Source: an uncultured Gemmatimonadota bacterium
Lineage (GTDB): Bacteria; JAAXHH01
DNA length: 64,000 nt
Direction of reading: 5' to 3'
Assembly (NCBI GenBank): GCA_951812955.1
Contig: OX638340.1
Location: forward strand, 896,001 to 960,000
Shown here in pieces: positions 27,967-37,737 of this stretch (position 1 is its first letter; the number at the start of each line of letters is the position of its first letter). The notes beneath the pieces are model-generated. The model saw nothing but the letters and a program-made list of their open reading frames with translations. It was not told the origin of the DNA and ran no database searches. The position numbers and the translations under genes are program-made.

Positions 27967-30378
27967 CTACAATTTCCGGTTCAGCTTGCGGAGGTGATCG
28001 ACCGTAAGGACTCTTTCCCGGGCCGGGGCGCCGGCGGGACCGGCCGCTTTGTTTCGGGGCTTCCTGTTCCGTCGTTTCTTCTGTGAATCCACCTTTGCAG
28101 ACGCCTCCGGCTCGCTCGCCGCGACCGGTTGTTCGGACTTATCCGTTTTGCCGCCGACGGCCTGTGCTGCCTGCATGTTCTTCGCCGGCCTCCGCCTTCT
28201 TCGGCGATCCGGCTTCCCGTTCTGCTGACCCTGCTCTTCCCGCATGGACAGCGAAATCCGGTTTCTCTCCTGGTCTACACCGAGCACACGCACCTCTACC
28301 TGCTGCCCCACCTTGACCGCTTCGCCCGCATGCTTGACATACCGGTCCACGAGCTGGCTGATATGCACGAGCCCATCGAGGTGGACCCCGACATCCACGA
28401 AGGCGCCGAAGTTCGTGACGTTGGTGACGACACCGTTGAGCCGCATCCCTTCCTTGACTTCATCGATGGTATGGATCCCTTCGGTGTATTCAACCGGCTT
28501 GAACGCGTCGCGCGGGTCGCGCCCCGGCCGTGCCAGTTCCACCATGATGTCCTCGAGGGTAGGCAGTCCCACGGTGTCGTTGACGTAGGAATCGAGCGCG
28601 ATTCGGCTCCGTAACTCAGCATCGTCCATGAGATCCTTCACCCCGCACTTCTGGTCGCTGGCCATCCGGTCCACGATACCGTAGCTTTCAGGATGGACGG
28701 CACTGGCATCCAGGGGGTTCTCGCCGTTTCCTATTCTCAGGAAGCCCGCGGCCTGTTCGAAGGCCCGGGGGCCCAGGTTCGGAACCTGCTGCAGATCCGT
28801 CCTCGCTGAGAAAGGTCCCGCCGACTCGCGGTGGGCAACGATGTGCTTCGCCAGTGCGGGTCCGATGCCGGACACGTAGGACAGGAGCTGGGCGCTGGCC
28901 GTATTCACTTCGACACCCACGTTGTTCACGCAACTCATCACCACGTCGTCCAGACTCTTCTTCAGAGACCCCTGGTCGACGTCGTGCTGGTATTGCCCGA
29001 CGCCTATCGATTTAGGATCGATCTTAACCAGTTCGGCAAGGGGATCCATAAGCCGCCGACCGATCGAAATCGCTCCGCGTACGGTGACATCCAACCTGGG
29101 GAATTCCTCCCGTGCCACGGCCGACGCCGAATAGACCGAAGCGCCGCTTTCGTTCACGAGCACGATGGACGGATCTCCGGCAAACTCGACCGTACGAAGG
29201 AACTGGGTCGTCTCCCGTCCGGCCGTCCCGTTGCCGACGGCGATGGCATCGAACTCGTACTGCTCGTGCAGGGACCGTAAGATCCGCGCCGCCCTTTCCT
29301 TCTTCTTCTCCCCCGAGTGGGGAAAGATGCTCGCTCTGTCCAGCAGTTTACCCTGTTCGTCCAGGCAGACGATCTTGCAACCCGTGCGGAAACCCGGGTC
29401 GATCGCCATGATGCGGCGGCGGCCCATGGGAGGCGCCATCAGCAGTTCCCGCAGGTTCCGCGCAAATACGAGGGTCGCCTCTTCTTCGGCCTTCTGGCGG
29501 ACATGGGACCTCAATTCCGTTTCGAGAGACAGCGAAAGCAGGCGGCGGTAACTGTCGGAGACGGCCAGGCGTACCTGCTCGGACGCGGGGCCTTCACCCT
29601 TGACGAACTGTTTCTCGAGACCCGCGATCGCCTCTCCTTCCGGCGGGGCGATGGTCAAGCGCAACACGTCCTCTTTCTCACCGCGCCGAATGGCGAGCAC
29701 GCGGTGCGAAGGCGCTTTCACAGCCGGCTCGGACCAATCGAAATAATCCCGGAACTTGATCCCCGATGATTCCTTTTCCGCTACCACTGTAGACCGGATT
29801 ACCGCCTTTTCGTGGAACAGCCGGCGCAAAGTAGACCTCGCCGTCGGATCTTCGTTAATCCATTCGGCGATGATGTCGCGAGCGCCGGACAGGGCATCTT
29901 CCGCGGTGGCGACTTCCTTTTCCGGATCGACGAATGCCGCGGCTTCCGCTTCCAGGTCCACGTCCTCCTGCCCGAATATGCGCTCCGCCAGGGGTTCCAG
30001 GCCCTTCTCCCGGGCCGCCGTGGCCCTTGTGCGACGCTTCGGACGAAATGGAAGGTAGATATCTTCCAGCGCGGTCAGAGTTTCCGCGGCGCGTACTTTC
30101 GATTCCAGCTCGTCGGTGAGCAGGGAGCGGTCTTTCAGGGAGGCAAGGATCGAAGTCCTGCGCTTTTCGAGTTCGCGGAGTTGGACGATCCGGTCTCGGA
30201 TCGCCGTGACGGCCACTTCGTCAAGCGACCCCGTTCGCTCTTTGCGATAGCGCGCGATAAAGGGTACCGTGGCTTCTTCATCCAGCAGCCGCGCTACGGC
30301 TTCCACCTGCTCGGGCCGGATGCCCAGTTCATTGGATATCTGCGTGATATGCGTGGTGATATGCGTGTCTTCACTCAT
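27967..30378 (-). CDS. tex: transcription accessory protein Tex (YqgF/HhH/S1 domains) with a basic C-terminal tail
   Basis: 803 aa; N-terminus (PEQVEAVARLLDEEATVPFIARYRKERTG) and C-terminal S1 domain are diagnostic of Tex. Confidence 0.85.
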   Translation of the reverse strand: MSEDTHITTHITQISNELGIRPEQVEAVARLLDEEATVPFIARYRKERTGSLDEVAVTAIRDRIVQLRELEKRRTSILASLKDRSLLTDELESKVRAAETLTALEDIYLPFRPKRRTRATAAREKGLEPLAERIFGQEDVDLEAEAAAFVDPEKEVATAEDALSGARDIIAEWINEDPTARSTLRRLFHEKAVIRSTVVAEKESSGIKFRDYFDWSEPAVKAPSHRVLAIRRGEKEDVLRLTIAPPEGEAIAGLEKQFVKGEGPASEQVRLAVSDSYRRLLSLSLETELRSHVRQKAEEEATLVFARNLRELLMAPPMGRRRIMAIDPGFRTGCKIVCLDEQGKLLDRASIFPHSGEKKKERAARILRSLHEQYEFDAIAVGNGTAGRETTQFLRTVEFAGDPSIVLVNESGASVYSASAVAREEFPRLDVTVRGAISIGRRLMDPLAELVKIDPKSIGVGQYQHDVDQGSLKKSLDDVVMSCVNNVGVEVNTASAQLLSYVSGIGPALAKHIVAHRESAGPFSARTDLQQVPNLGPRAFEQAAGFLRIGNGENPLDASAVHPESYGIVDRMASDQKCGVKDLMDDAELRSRIALDSYVNDTVGLPTLEDIMVELARPGRDPRDAFKPVEYTEGIHTIDEVKEGMRLNGVVTNVTNFGAFVDVGVHLDGLVHISQLVDRYVKHAGEAVKVGQQVEVRVLGVDQERNRISLSMREEQGQQNGKPDRRRRRRPAKNMQAAQAVGGKTDKSEQPVAASEPEASAKVDSQKKRRNRKPRNKAAGPAGAPARERVLTVDHLRKLNRKL

Positions 30379-31609
30379 GATGTTCAGTGGCCTCGCTTGT
30401 CGATCGGCCGCCCAGGATCGTCCTCAGACGCAGGGCTACCCGTTCCGGTTCACCGGGCTTCAGGCAGACCGGTCCGAAAAGCACGATCCCTTCCGAAATC
30501 CTTGCGGAATTGGCCTGGATGGGGGGACTGCCCTGTTGCAGTTCAAGGATCACGTCCAGGGCGGTTTTGCCCAATGCGGATTCGTCCAGTTTCAACTCTG
30601 TCATCGGTACCTCGCTGGGCCTGCTTTCGGTATCTATCGCGAACCGGCATCCCGGAATATCCCCGGCGGCGGCCACGAGTTCATCCATGCGATCCCGCCA
30701 CGCCGCGGCGCGTTCTTCAAGCTCCACTCCGGCAAAACGCCCAAGAGCGGTCAACAGGCCGACGATCTGTTCCTTCCCTACCTTGCAGGGCCTCCCGATT
30801 CCGTGGTGAGGCGCCCCGGGCAGAATCGACTTGTCGATGAGGGATTCGGGTGGATTCCACTGCTGCTTAAGTACGTCCATGTCAAGGTGCTGAAGCGCTA
30901 CGCACATGATGAGGTCCCGGCGGCCGCAGAGGATGCCCGAACCCTGGGGACCGCCGATCGCCTTGCCGCCGCTGAAGGCCACGAGATCGGCCCCCTGGGC
31001 AATGAAAGTCTGCAGGTTCGACCTTGGAGGCAATTGTCCCGCGGCATCGACGATTACCGGAACGCCGCGAGCGTGGGCGACTTCGACGACTTCCTCCAGG
31101 GGCGGCAGGGAGCGGGGATGGGCGACATAGCATATGGCCGCCGTTCGATCCGTGACGGCATCGGCGATCTCCCAGGCTTCGGTGTCCCGCACGCCGGCCC
31201 CGCTGTACCGGTCCGCAATCCCCACCTCGACGAGCTTTACGCCGACGGAACGGATCGCGTGGTCGTAGAAGTTACGCTGGCTGCGGGATATGATGACTTC
31301 GTTCTTCATGCCTTCGGTGTCCGGCAGCCGGTTCATCTTGCCGGGATCCGGTCCGGTGACGCATGCCGCCGTACCTAGAAGGAGACCCGCGGCCGCGCCG
31401 GACGTAACGTATCCTGCTTCGGCTCCGGTGATCTTCGCGATGATCCCGCTCGCCCGGGCCTGGAGTTCGGCGATGTCGACGCAGTACTGCGATGCCTCGC
31501 GCATGGCGTCCGCCACTTCGGGATCCATGATACCGCCGCTTAGTCGTGTCGTGGGTCCCGATGCGTTGATGATCGGACGTATGCCGATCTGCTCGTAGAT
31601 GTTGGGCAT
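30371..31609 (-). CDS. SelA-like (L-seryl-tRNA selenium transferase-fold) PLP-dependent enzyme, DgaE-like
   Basis: Start MPNIYEQIGIRPIINASGPTTRLSGG..., about 412 aa, lacking the SelA N-terminal domain. Stop overlaps the tex start by 8 bp. No selB or selD in the window. Confidence 0.55.
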   Translation of the reverse strand: MPNIYEQIGIRPIINASGPTTRLSGGIMDPEVADAMREASQYCVDIAELQARASGIIAKITGAEAGYVTSGAAAGLLLGTAACVTGPDPGKMNRLPDTEGMKNEVIISRSQRNFYDHAIRSVGVKLVEVGIADRYSGAGVRDTEAWEIADAVTDRTAAICYVAHPRSLPPLEEVVEVAHARGVPVIVDAAGQLPPRSNLQTFIAQGADLVAFSGGKAIGGPQGSGILCGRRDLIMCVALQHLDMDVLKQQWNPPESLIDKSILPGAPHHGIGRPCKVGKEQIVGLLTALGRFAGVELEERAAAWRDRMDELVAAAGDIPGCRFAIDTESRPSEVPMTELKLDESALGKTALDVILELQQGSPPIQANSARISEGIVLFGPVCLKPGEPERVALRLRTILGGRSTSEATEHHE

Positions 31610-31840
31610 GTATGACCCTGGCGTGAATCGAAGGTGGTGCCTAGAAAGCAGCACTAATCCTATTACATCGGACCCTGGTATGCAACCTGTTTTTTTCGCG
31701 TGGGCGGGAGACGGTGGGGTTGCCCGCCGGATCGCATTCCGCGCATGACGCGGAAATACAGGTTTCGATCACGCAGGGAAGGGCGCTCTAGCCGGCGTGG
31801 AACGGCGACCGGCCCGCTGCGTCGACCCACGAGTATTGAA

Positions 31841-31869
31841 TTGACGCGGCGTTACGTTAAGGCTATTTT
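31841..31869 (+). promoter_or_regulatory. putative sigma70-type promoter for the ubiD-like/mqn operon (-35 TTGACG, 17 bp, -10 TATTTT)
   Basis: GAATTGACGCGG...TATTTT about 70 bp upstream of 31943. Confidence 0.3.
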
Positions 31870-31942
31870 AGACCGTGGAAAAACCGTCGCGAGAAGGCAC
31901 TGAACGTCGTGTCAACCCAGAATCCAGGTAAGCAGTAGCCCA

Positions 31943-33388
31943 ATGGCCCACAGAGATTTACAATCGTTCGTCGACCTGCTCCGGGACGAAGGCGAGTTAA
32001 AGGAAATCACCGTCGAAATCGATCCCGACCTGGAGATCAGCGCCATCGCGGACCGCGTGGTCAAACGGAACGGTCCCGCGTTGTTGTTCACCAACGTCAA
32101 GGGCCATGCTGGTATTCCCGTGCTGATCAATACCTTCGGGTCGAAGCGCCGCATGGAACTGGCGCTGGGCGCGGAAGACCTCGACGACATCGCGGCCGAG
32201 ATCGCCGAACTGATCAATCCCCGGATGCCGGCCTCGCTCGCGGGAAAGCTGCAGATGCTGCCCCGGCTTGCCCGGTTGAAGGACACCCAGACGCGGACCG
32301 TCCGCAACGGCCCCTGCCAGGAGGTAGTGGAGACGGACACAGCGTCCTTCGAAACCCTTCCGGTCATCAAATGCTGGCCCGGCGACGGCGGGAAGTACAT
32401 CACCTTCCCCCAGGTCATTACGAAGCATCCCGAAAAGGGGACGCGCAACGTGGGTATGTACCGGCTGCAGGTCTTCGACGACAAGACGCTGGGACTGCAC
32501 TGGCAGCGTCACAAGGGTGGGGCCCACCACTACCACGTCGCGGAACAGGCCGGTAAGCGGCTGGAAGTCGCCGTCGTCCTCGGCCCCGATCCGGAGACCA
32601 TGTACGCCGCGACGGCGCCCCTGCCCGACGAGATCGACGAATACATGCTGGCCGGGTTTCTCCGCAGGCGGCCGGTGGAGCTAGTAAAGTGCCGGACGGT
32701 GGACCTGGAGGTGCCGGCCAACGCCCAGATCGTGCTGGAAGGCTACGCCGAGCCCCGCGAACGGCGTGTCGAGGGTCCCTTCGGCGATCACCAGGGTTAT
32801 TACTCGCTGACCGACGAATACCCGGTATTTCACCTTACGGCCATCACGCGAAGAAAAGAACCCATCTATCCCACGATCATCGTCGGGCCGCCTCCGCAGG
32901 AAGACGGTTGGCTCGGGAAGGCCACCGAACGCATTTTCCTGCCGCTCCTCAAGACCACGCTACCGGAGATCGTGGACATCGACCTGCCCATCGAAGGCAT
33001 TTTTCACAACCTGGCCATCGTATCTATCGACAAACGCTATCCGGGCCACGCCCGGAAGGTGATGCATGCCCTCTGGGGCCTGGGCCAGATGATGTTCACC
33101 AAGGTGATTATCGTTGTGGACAAGGACGTGGACGTGCATAATATGAGGGAGGTCGCCTGGCGGGTCGGGGTATCCATCGATCCGAAACGGGATCTGTTGA
33201 TCAGCGAGGGACCTTGTGACGTCCTGGATTTCGCCGCGCAGACCGCGGATGTAAGTGGCAAGCTGGGCATCGACGCCACCGAGAAATGGCCGGACGAAGG
33301 GTTCGACCGGGGATGGCCGGAAATCCTGCGCATGCCCGACGAGGTCGACCGGCGCATCGATGCGCTATGGCCGAAGCTGGATCTTTGA
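31943..33388 (+). CDS. UbiD-family decarboxylase (futalosine-pathway-associated menaquinone biosynthesis decarboxylase-like)
   Basis: 481 aa with UbiD-family N-terminus and core. Lies immediately upstream of the mqn radical-SAM genes. Confidence 0.8.
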   Translation: MAHRDLQSFVDLLRDEGELKEITVEIDPDLEISAIADRVVKRNGPALLFTNVKGHAGIPVLINTFGSKRRMELALGAEDLDDIAAEIAELINPRMPASLAGKLQMLPRLARLKDTQTRTVRNGPCQEVVETDTASFETLPVIKCWPGDGGKYITFPQVITKHPEKGTRNVGMYRLQVFDDKTLGLHWQRHKGGAHHYHVAEQAGKRLEVAVVLGPDPETMYAATAPLPDEIDEYMLAGFLRRRPVELVKCRTVDLEVPANAQIVLEGYAEPRERRVEGPFGDHQGYYSLTDEYPVFHLTAITRRKEPIYPTIIVGPPPQEDGWLGKATERIFLPLLKTTLPEIVDIDLPIEGIFHNLAIVSIDKRYPGHARKVMHALWGLGQMMFTKVIIVVDKDVDVHNMREVAWRVGVSIDPKRDLLISEGPCDVLDFAAQTADVSGKLGIDATEKWPDEGFDRGWPEILRMPDEVDRRIDALWPKLDL

Positions 33389-33403
33389 TTCAGGGAGAAT
33401 CGG

Positions 33404-34570
33404 ATGTTTGAAGCACTGATCGCCGAAGCAGGCCTTGAGGACATACACGGGAAAGTCGTGGCGGGCGAGCGGCTTTCTGCCGATGACGGGAGAAGGCTGT
33501 ACCGGCACGGTAACCTGCCGGCCGTCGGCTACCTGGCTAATCTCGTTCGCGAGCGCATGCACGGCGAACGGGTCTACTTCGTGCGTAACCAGCACCTGAA
33601 CTACACCAACATCTGCAACAAAAGCTGCCTCTTCTGTTCCTTTTACGCCCTGCCTAAAGATCCGGAAGGATACGTGCTTTCGCCCGACGACATCAGGACG
33701 CGGATGGAGACCTACTCGGACATGCCGATCTCCGAGATCCACATGGTCGGCGGAGTGAACCCCAGGTTGCCCTACGCCTATTACCTGGATATCGTCCGGG
33801 CGATCAAGGAAATGCGGCCTGGCGTGTCGCTCAAGGCCTTCACCATGATCGAGCTTGAGCAGATCCGTAGAATCGCCAAAAAACCCATGGACGAGACCCT
33901 GGCGGACCTGAAAGAGGCCGGGGTGGACGCGCTGCCTGGAGGCGGCGCCGAGGTTTTCAGCGAAAGGGTGCACGAGGAATTGTTCCAGGCCAAATCGGAC
34001 TCCGATAAATGGCTGGAAACCGCGCGCGTAGCACACGAGGTGGGTCTGCCCTCCAACGCGACCATGCTGTACGGCCACGTGGAGCAGACGGAGGAAAAGG
34101 TCTATCACCTCATGAAACTTCGGGAATTGCAGGATGAAACGAACGGGTTCCTGGCCTTCATTCCCCTTTCGTGGCACCCGGAGCGCACGGCTATCGAACA
34201 CCTGCCCGGACCGACGGGTCAGATGGACCTTCGGGAGATCGCGGTCGCACGGCTCATGCTGGACAACGTGCCCCATATCAAGTCGTTCTGGATCATGAAC
34301 ACCCCCGCGGTAACTCAGGTGGGACTGTGGTACGGCGCGGACGACATGGACGGCAGCGTCCTGGAGTACGAAATCACCCGCGATCCCGTTACCGACCGTG
34401 TGCAGGCCCTGACCCATCCCCAGATGCTCGACATGATCAGCGAGTCGGGCCGGCAGCCCGTCGAGCGCGACGCGCTCTACAACGTCGTGGACCGGCCGGA
34501 ATCGATTCGGCCGGCCTATCTGGATCCGGTCGGCGGTGCCACGGCCGACGCCCTCGCGAGCGCAGGATGA
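33404..34570 (+). CDS. radical SAM enzyme of the MqnE/MqnC family (aminofutalosine synthase or cyclic dehypoxanthine-futalosine synthase), paralog 1
   Basis: 388 aa with CNKSCLFC radical-SAM cluster motif and the MqnC/MqnE-type N-terminus (GERLSADDGRRLY). Which paralog it is cannot be decided by eye. Confidence 0.75.
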   Translation: MFEALIAEAGLEDIHGKVVAGERLSADDGRRLYRHGNLPAVGYLANLVRERMHGERVYFVRNQHLNYTNICNKSCLFCSFYALPKDPEGYVLSPDDIRTRMETYSDMPISEIHMVGGVNPRLPYAYYLDIVRAIKEMRPGVSLKAFTMIELEQIRRIAKKPMDETLADLKEAGVDALPGGGAEVFSERVHEELFQAKSDSDKWLETARVAHEVGLPSNATMLYGHVEQTEEKVYHLMKLRELQDETNGFLAFIPLSWHPERTAIEHLPGPTGQMDLREIAVARLMLDNVPHIKSFWIMNTPAVTQVGLWYGADDMDGSVLEYEITRDPVTDRVQALTHPQMLDMISESGRQPVERDALYNVVDRPESIRPAYLDPVGGATADALASAG

Positions 34571-34600
34571 CTCCATGCATCACGAGCGCAGGATGACTTC

Positions 34601-35725
34601 ATGATTGCAGATATCGCAGAAAAGGTCCTGGCCGGCGCCCGCCTGAGCGCCAACGACGGACGCCGTCTGTTCCGGCACCCGAACGTTACAGAACTGGGCA
34701 TGTTGGCCGACCACGTGCGTCGACGGAAGCACCCCGAACCGGTAGTGACATACAATATCGGCCGTAACATCAATTACACCAACGTGTGCTGGGTGCGGTG
34801 CAAGTTTTGCGCTTTCTACCGCCCGCCGGGCGATGGCGAAGGATACACGCTCCCAGACGAGGAGATTTTCGCCAAGGTCGAGGAACTGATCGACGTCGGG
34901 GGTGACGCGGGGGAGTCCTGCGAGATCCTCATGCAGGGCGGACTCAATCCCAGGCTGAAGATCGACTATTATGAAACCCTCTTCTCGGAAATCACCCGTC
35001 GCTATCCCGCGGCCTATCTCCATTCGCTTTCCGTAGCGGAAATCGTTTACCTCGCCCATATCTCCCGGATCTCGGTCGAAGAAGCGCTGGTCCGTCTGCG
35101 CGCGGCTGGATTGAAGTCCCTCCCGGGCGCCGGCGCCGAAATCCTAGACACCGAAGTCCGCGACGCCATCGCCTTCCGTAAGGAAACGGTTCAGGAGTGG
35201 TTGGACGTACACAGCCTGACCCATCGGCTGGGCATGAAATCGACGGCGACCATGATGTTCGGATCGGTGGAAACCGTCGAGCACCGATTGAATCACCTCC
35301 TCCGTGTTCGCGAAGTACAGGACGAGTCGCTCGCACGCCACGACGGTTACTTCACGGCATTTATCGCCTGGAGCTTCCAACCCGAAGGCACCGAACTGCC
35401 CGATACGCGAAAGGCTACGGGATACGATTACCTGCGGACAGTAGCCATTGCCAGGCTTATGTTGGACAACATAGAGAACATCCAGGCTTCCTACGTAACG
35501 CAGGGACCGAAGATCGCGCAGATCGCTCTCGGTTACGGCGTGAACGATTTCGGCAGCACCATGATGGAAGAAAACGTCATCAGCGCCGGCGGCACGAGTT
35601 TCGTGATGCCCACCCCGGAGATCGAGCGGCTGATCGGCGACGCGGGGTTTATTCCGCGCCGGCGCAACACGCGGTATGAATTCGTAGAAAACGGCACTCC
35701 CGCAAATCATGAATCCGCAGTATAG
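34601..35725 (+). CDS. radical SAM enzyme of the MqnE/MqnC family, paralog 2
   Basis: 374 aa with CWVRCKFC motif and N-terminus GARLSANDGRRLF, paralogous to the upstream gene. Confidence 0.75.
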   Translation: MIADIAEKVLAGARLSANDGRRLFRHPNVTELGMLADHVRRRKHPEPVVTYNIGRNINYTNVCWVRCKFCAFYRPPGDGEGYTLPDEEIFAKVEELIDVGGDAGESCEILMQGGLNPRLKIDYYETLFSEITRRYPAAYLHSLSVAEIVYLAHISRISVEEALVRLRAAGLKSLPGAGAEILDTEVRDAIAFRKETVQEWLDVHSLTHRLGMKSTATMMFGSVETVEHRLNHLLRVREVQDESLARHDGYFTAFIAWSFQPEGTELPDTRKATGYDYLRTVAIARLMLDNIENIQASYVTQGPKIAQIALGYGVNDFGSTMMEENVISAGGTSFVMPTPEIERLIGDAGFIPRRRNTRYEFVENGTPANHESAV

Positions 35726-35859
35726 GCGAACGTACGCCCGGGCCCAACCCGCTCGTCCCGCCCAACCTGGCGGATTCGCCAATACCGCGACCACCTGGAT
35801 GAACAGGCTGTAATCACCGCCGGAAGGCGTTGACGGAGCAACCGGCGGACGATTGAAGC

Positions 35860-36675
35860 ATGGTCTCTAAAACCCGTCTTAACGCCGTGAGTTTTCTGAA
35901 TACCAGGCCCTTGACCTATGGCCTGGAACGCGGAGGCCGGGATCACGGATTCGAAATCCTCTATGATATCCCCTCCGTATGCGCCAGGCAGGTGAGGACG
36001 GGCGAAGCCTCGGCGGGCGTCATTCCCAGCATCGAATACGCACGCAGTGCGGTACCTTACTCAATCGTTCCCGAGGTATCCATCGCATCCAACGGTCCAG
36101 TCGCCAGCATTCTACTGTTCCACAGGGTGCCGGTCCGGGGCATCCGAAAGGTCGCGATGGATGTGAGTTCCCGGACAGCCGCGGCCCTGGTCCATATCGT
36201 CCTGTATGAGCGGTACGGCCTGGAAATCGAATCGGTCGACCACCCGCCGGACGTATCTGCGATGCTTGAACGGGCGGACGCGGCCCTGGTCATCGGCGAT
36301 CCTGCCCTGGAGAATACGAACCGGCCCGAACCCCGTCTGGACCTGGGGCAGGCATGGCGGGAACTGACCGGGTTGCCTTTTGTGTACGCCTTCTGGGCGG
36401 GGAAGGATGGTGGTCTCACGCCCGGCGAGGTCGAACTGCTGATCGCGTCGAAGAACCAGGGGATGTCCGCCTTCGACGAGATCGCCGAAGTTCACGCGAG
36501 GGACCGCTCACATCCGACTTCGTACTACGCGTCGTACCTCAGCGATAACCTGGTTTACGACCTGGGAGAAGAGGAACAACGAGGACTCATGGAGTTTTAC
36601 GGGATGGCCCATGTTCGCGGCCTGATCCCGTACGTACCGGAATTGCGTTTTTATCCGCGTCAAGGAAGGAGATGA
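35860..36675 (+). CDS. MqnA/MqnD-family protein (PF02621, futalosine-pathway menaquinone biosynthesis)
   Basis: 271 aa with the N-terminal SFLNTRPL motif typical of MqnA-like periplasmic-binding-fold enzymes. Confidence 0.7.
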   Translation: MVSKTRLNAVSFLNTRPLTYGLERGGRDHGFEILYDIPSVCARQVRTGEASAGVIPSIEYARSAVPYSIVPEVSIASNGPVASILLFHRVPVRGIRKVAMDVSSRTAAALVHIVLYERYGLEIESVDHPPDVSAMLERADAALVIGDPALENTNRPEPRLDLGQAWRELTGLPFVYAFWAGKDGGLTPGEVELLIASKNQGMSAFDEIAEVHARDRSHPTSYYASYLSDNLVYDLGEEEQRGLMEFYGMAHVRGLIPYVPELRFYPRQGRR

Positions 36676-37637
36676 TCATGGCATCGGCAACAACGGTCGG
36701 CATCGGCACGGGAAGCAACCGCCGCGAGAACGTGCGCGTGGCGGTGGAACGCTCCGCCCCGCAATTGGCCTCCCTCATGGGGGAAGAGGTCATGCTCAAG
36801 CCTAATTTCCTCTCCGGCACCAACCCGGTGGTATGCACCCACCCGGACGCGGTCCGCGGCGTGCTGGACGTCATCATGACCCTGCCGGAGAAACCGCGCC
36901 GGGTACTGATCGCAGAGGGCGGCAATGAATCCGTGCCGGGAGAGTGCTTCCGTCACATGGGATACACCGACATCCCGGACGAATACGACATCCCCATCGA
37001 ACTGGTGGACCTGAACCAGGAGACCAGGTGGCGAAATACCCGGGTGTACATGGTCGACGGCACCTGGACTACGGTCAGGATGCCGCGTACCGTGCTGGAC
37101 TGTCCCTGCGTTATCTCGGTCGCCGTGGCCAAGACCCATGACGGCGCCATGGTTACCCTGGCGCTGAAGAATCTCATCATGGGTACGATATTGAAGAAAG
37201 ACCGAATCAAGGTCCATGGCTATACGACCCACCACGACCGGCGCCATCCTCCGGAAGCCCGGGCGCTCAGCAGGAACCTGATCCGCCTCGCCCGCCACCT
37301 CTACCCCCACTACAGCGTGGTGGACGGTACGGTCGGCATACAGGGTAACGGTCCAGGGGGAACTGACACCGTGCCGCTGGGCCTGGCGGCGGCCGGGGAG
37401 GACACCATCGCCGTGGACGCCGTCATTTCAAAGGCCATGGGATTCGAACCATTGGAGGTGGGAACGGTATTCTACGGGGACGCAATCGGCCTGGGCGTGG
37501 GCGATCTGGAACGCATCTGCGTGAACGGCGGACGGCTGGATGAACTTGCCCTGTCCTTCAAGGGGCATGAATCCATCGATCTGCAGCGTCAGTGGGCTTT
37601 CGAAGGCGCGTGGGAATCGGCGGCGGTCGGCGGTTGA
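36672..37637 (+). CDS. DUF362 domain protein
   Basis: 321 aa. The ATG at 36672 overlaps the mqnA/D stop by 4 bp (ATGA), suggesting translational coupling. The last 7 codons plus stop are copied into the downstream 22-bp repeat array. Confidence 0.6.
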   Translation: MIMASATTVGIGTGSNRRENVRVAVERSAPQLASLMGEEVMLKPNFLSGTNPVVCTHPDAVRGVLDVIMTLPEKPRRVLIAEGGNESVPGECFRHMGYTDIPDEYDIPIELVDLNQETRWRNTRVYMVDGTWTTVRMPRTVLDCPCVISVAVAKTHDGAMVTLALKNLIMGTILKKDRIKVHGYTTHHDRRHPPEARALSRNLIRLARHLYPHYSVVDGTVGIQGNGPGGTDTVPLGLAAAGEDTIAVDAVISKAMGFEPLEVGTVFYGDAIGLGVGDLERICVNGGRLDELALSFKGHESIDLQRQWAFEGAWESAAVGG

Positions 37638-37712
37638 AACGGCGGCGGTCGGCGGTTGAAACGGCGGCGGTCGACGGTTGAAACGGCGGCGGTCGACGGT
37701 TGAAACGGCGGG
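37618..37712. repeat. tandem repeat, 22-bp unit CGGCGGCGGTCG(G/A)CGGTTGAAA, about 4.3 copies
   Basis: Near-perfect copies at 37618, 37640, 37662 and 37684 plus a partial. The array begins within the last codons of the DUF362 gene and includes its stop, and fills the convergent gap to the minus-strand aminotransferase. Confidence 0.85.
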
Positions 37713-37737
37713 GACACAGGCATCTACAGGTTTGAGA

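Noticed and set aside
30371-31609. Annotating the SelA-like gene as selenocysteine synthase (selA)
   Set aside because: Lacks the SelA N-terminal domain, no selB/selD/tRNA-Sec evident in the window. Resembles the DgaE-type SelA-fold enzymes instead.
37618-37712. 22-bp repeat array as a CRISPR array
   Set aside because: Repeats are contiguous with no spacers, the unit is 22 bp, and no cas genes are nearby. It is a simple tandem duplication of the gene's 3' end.
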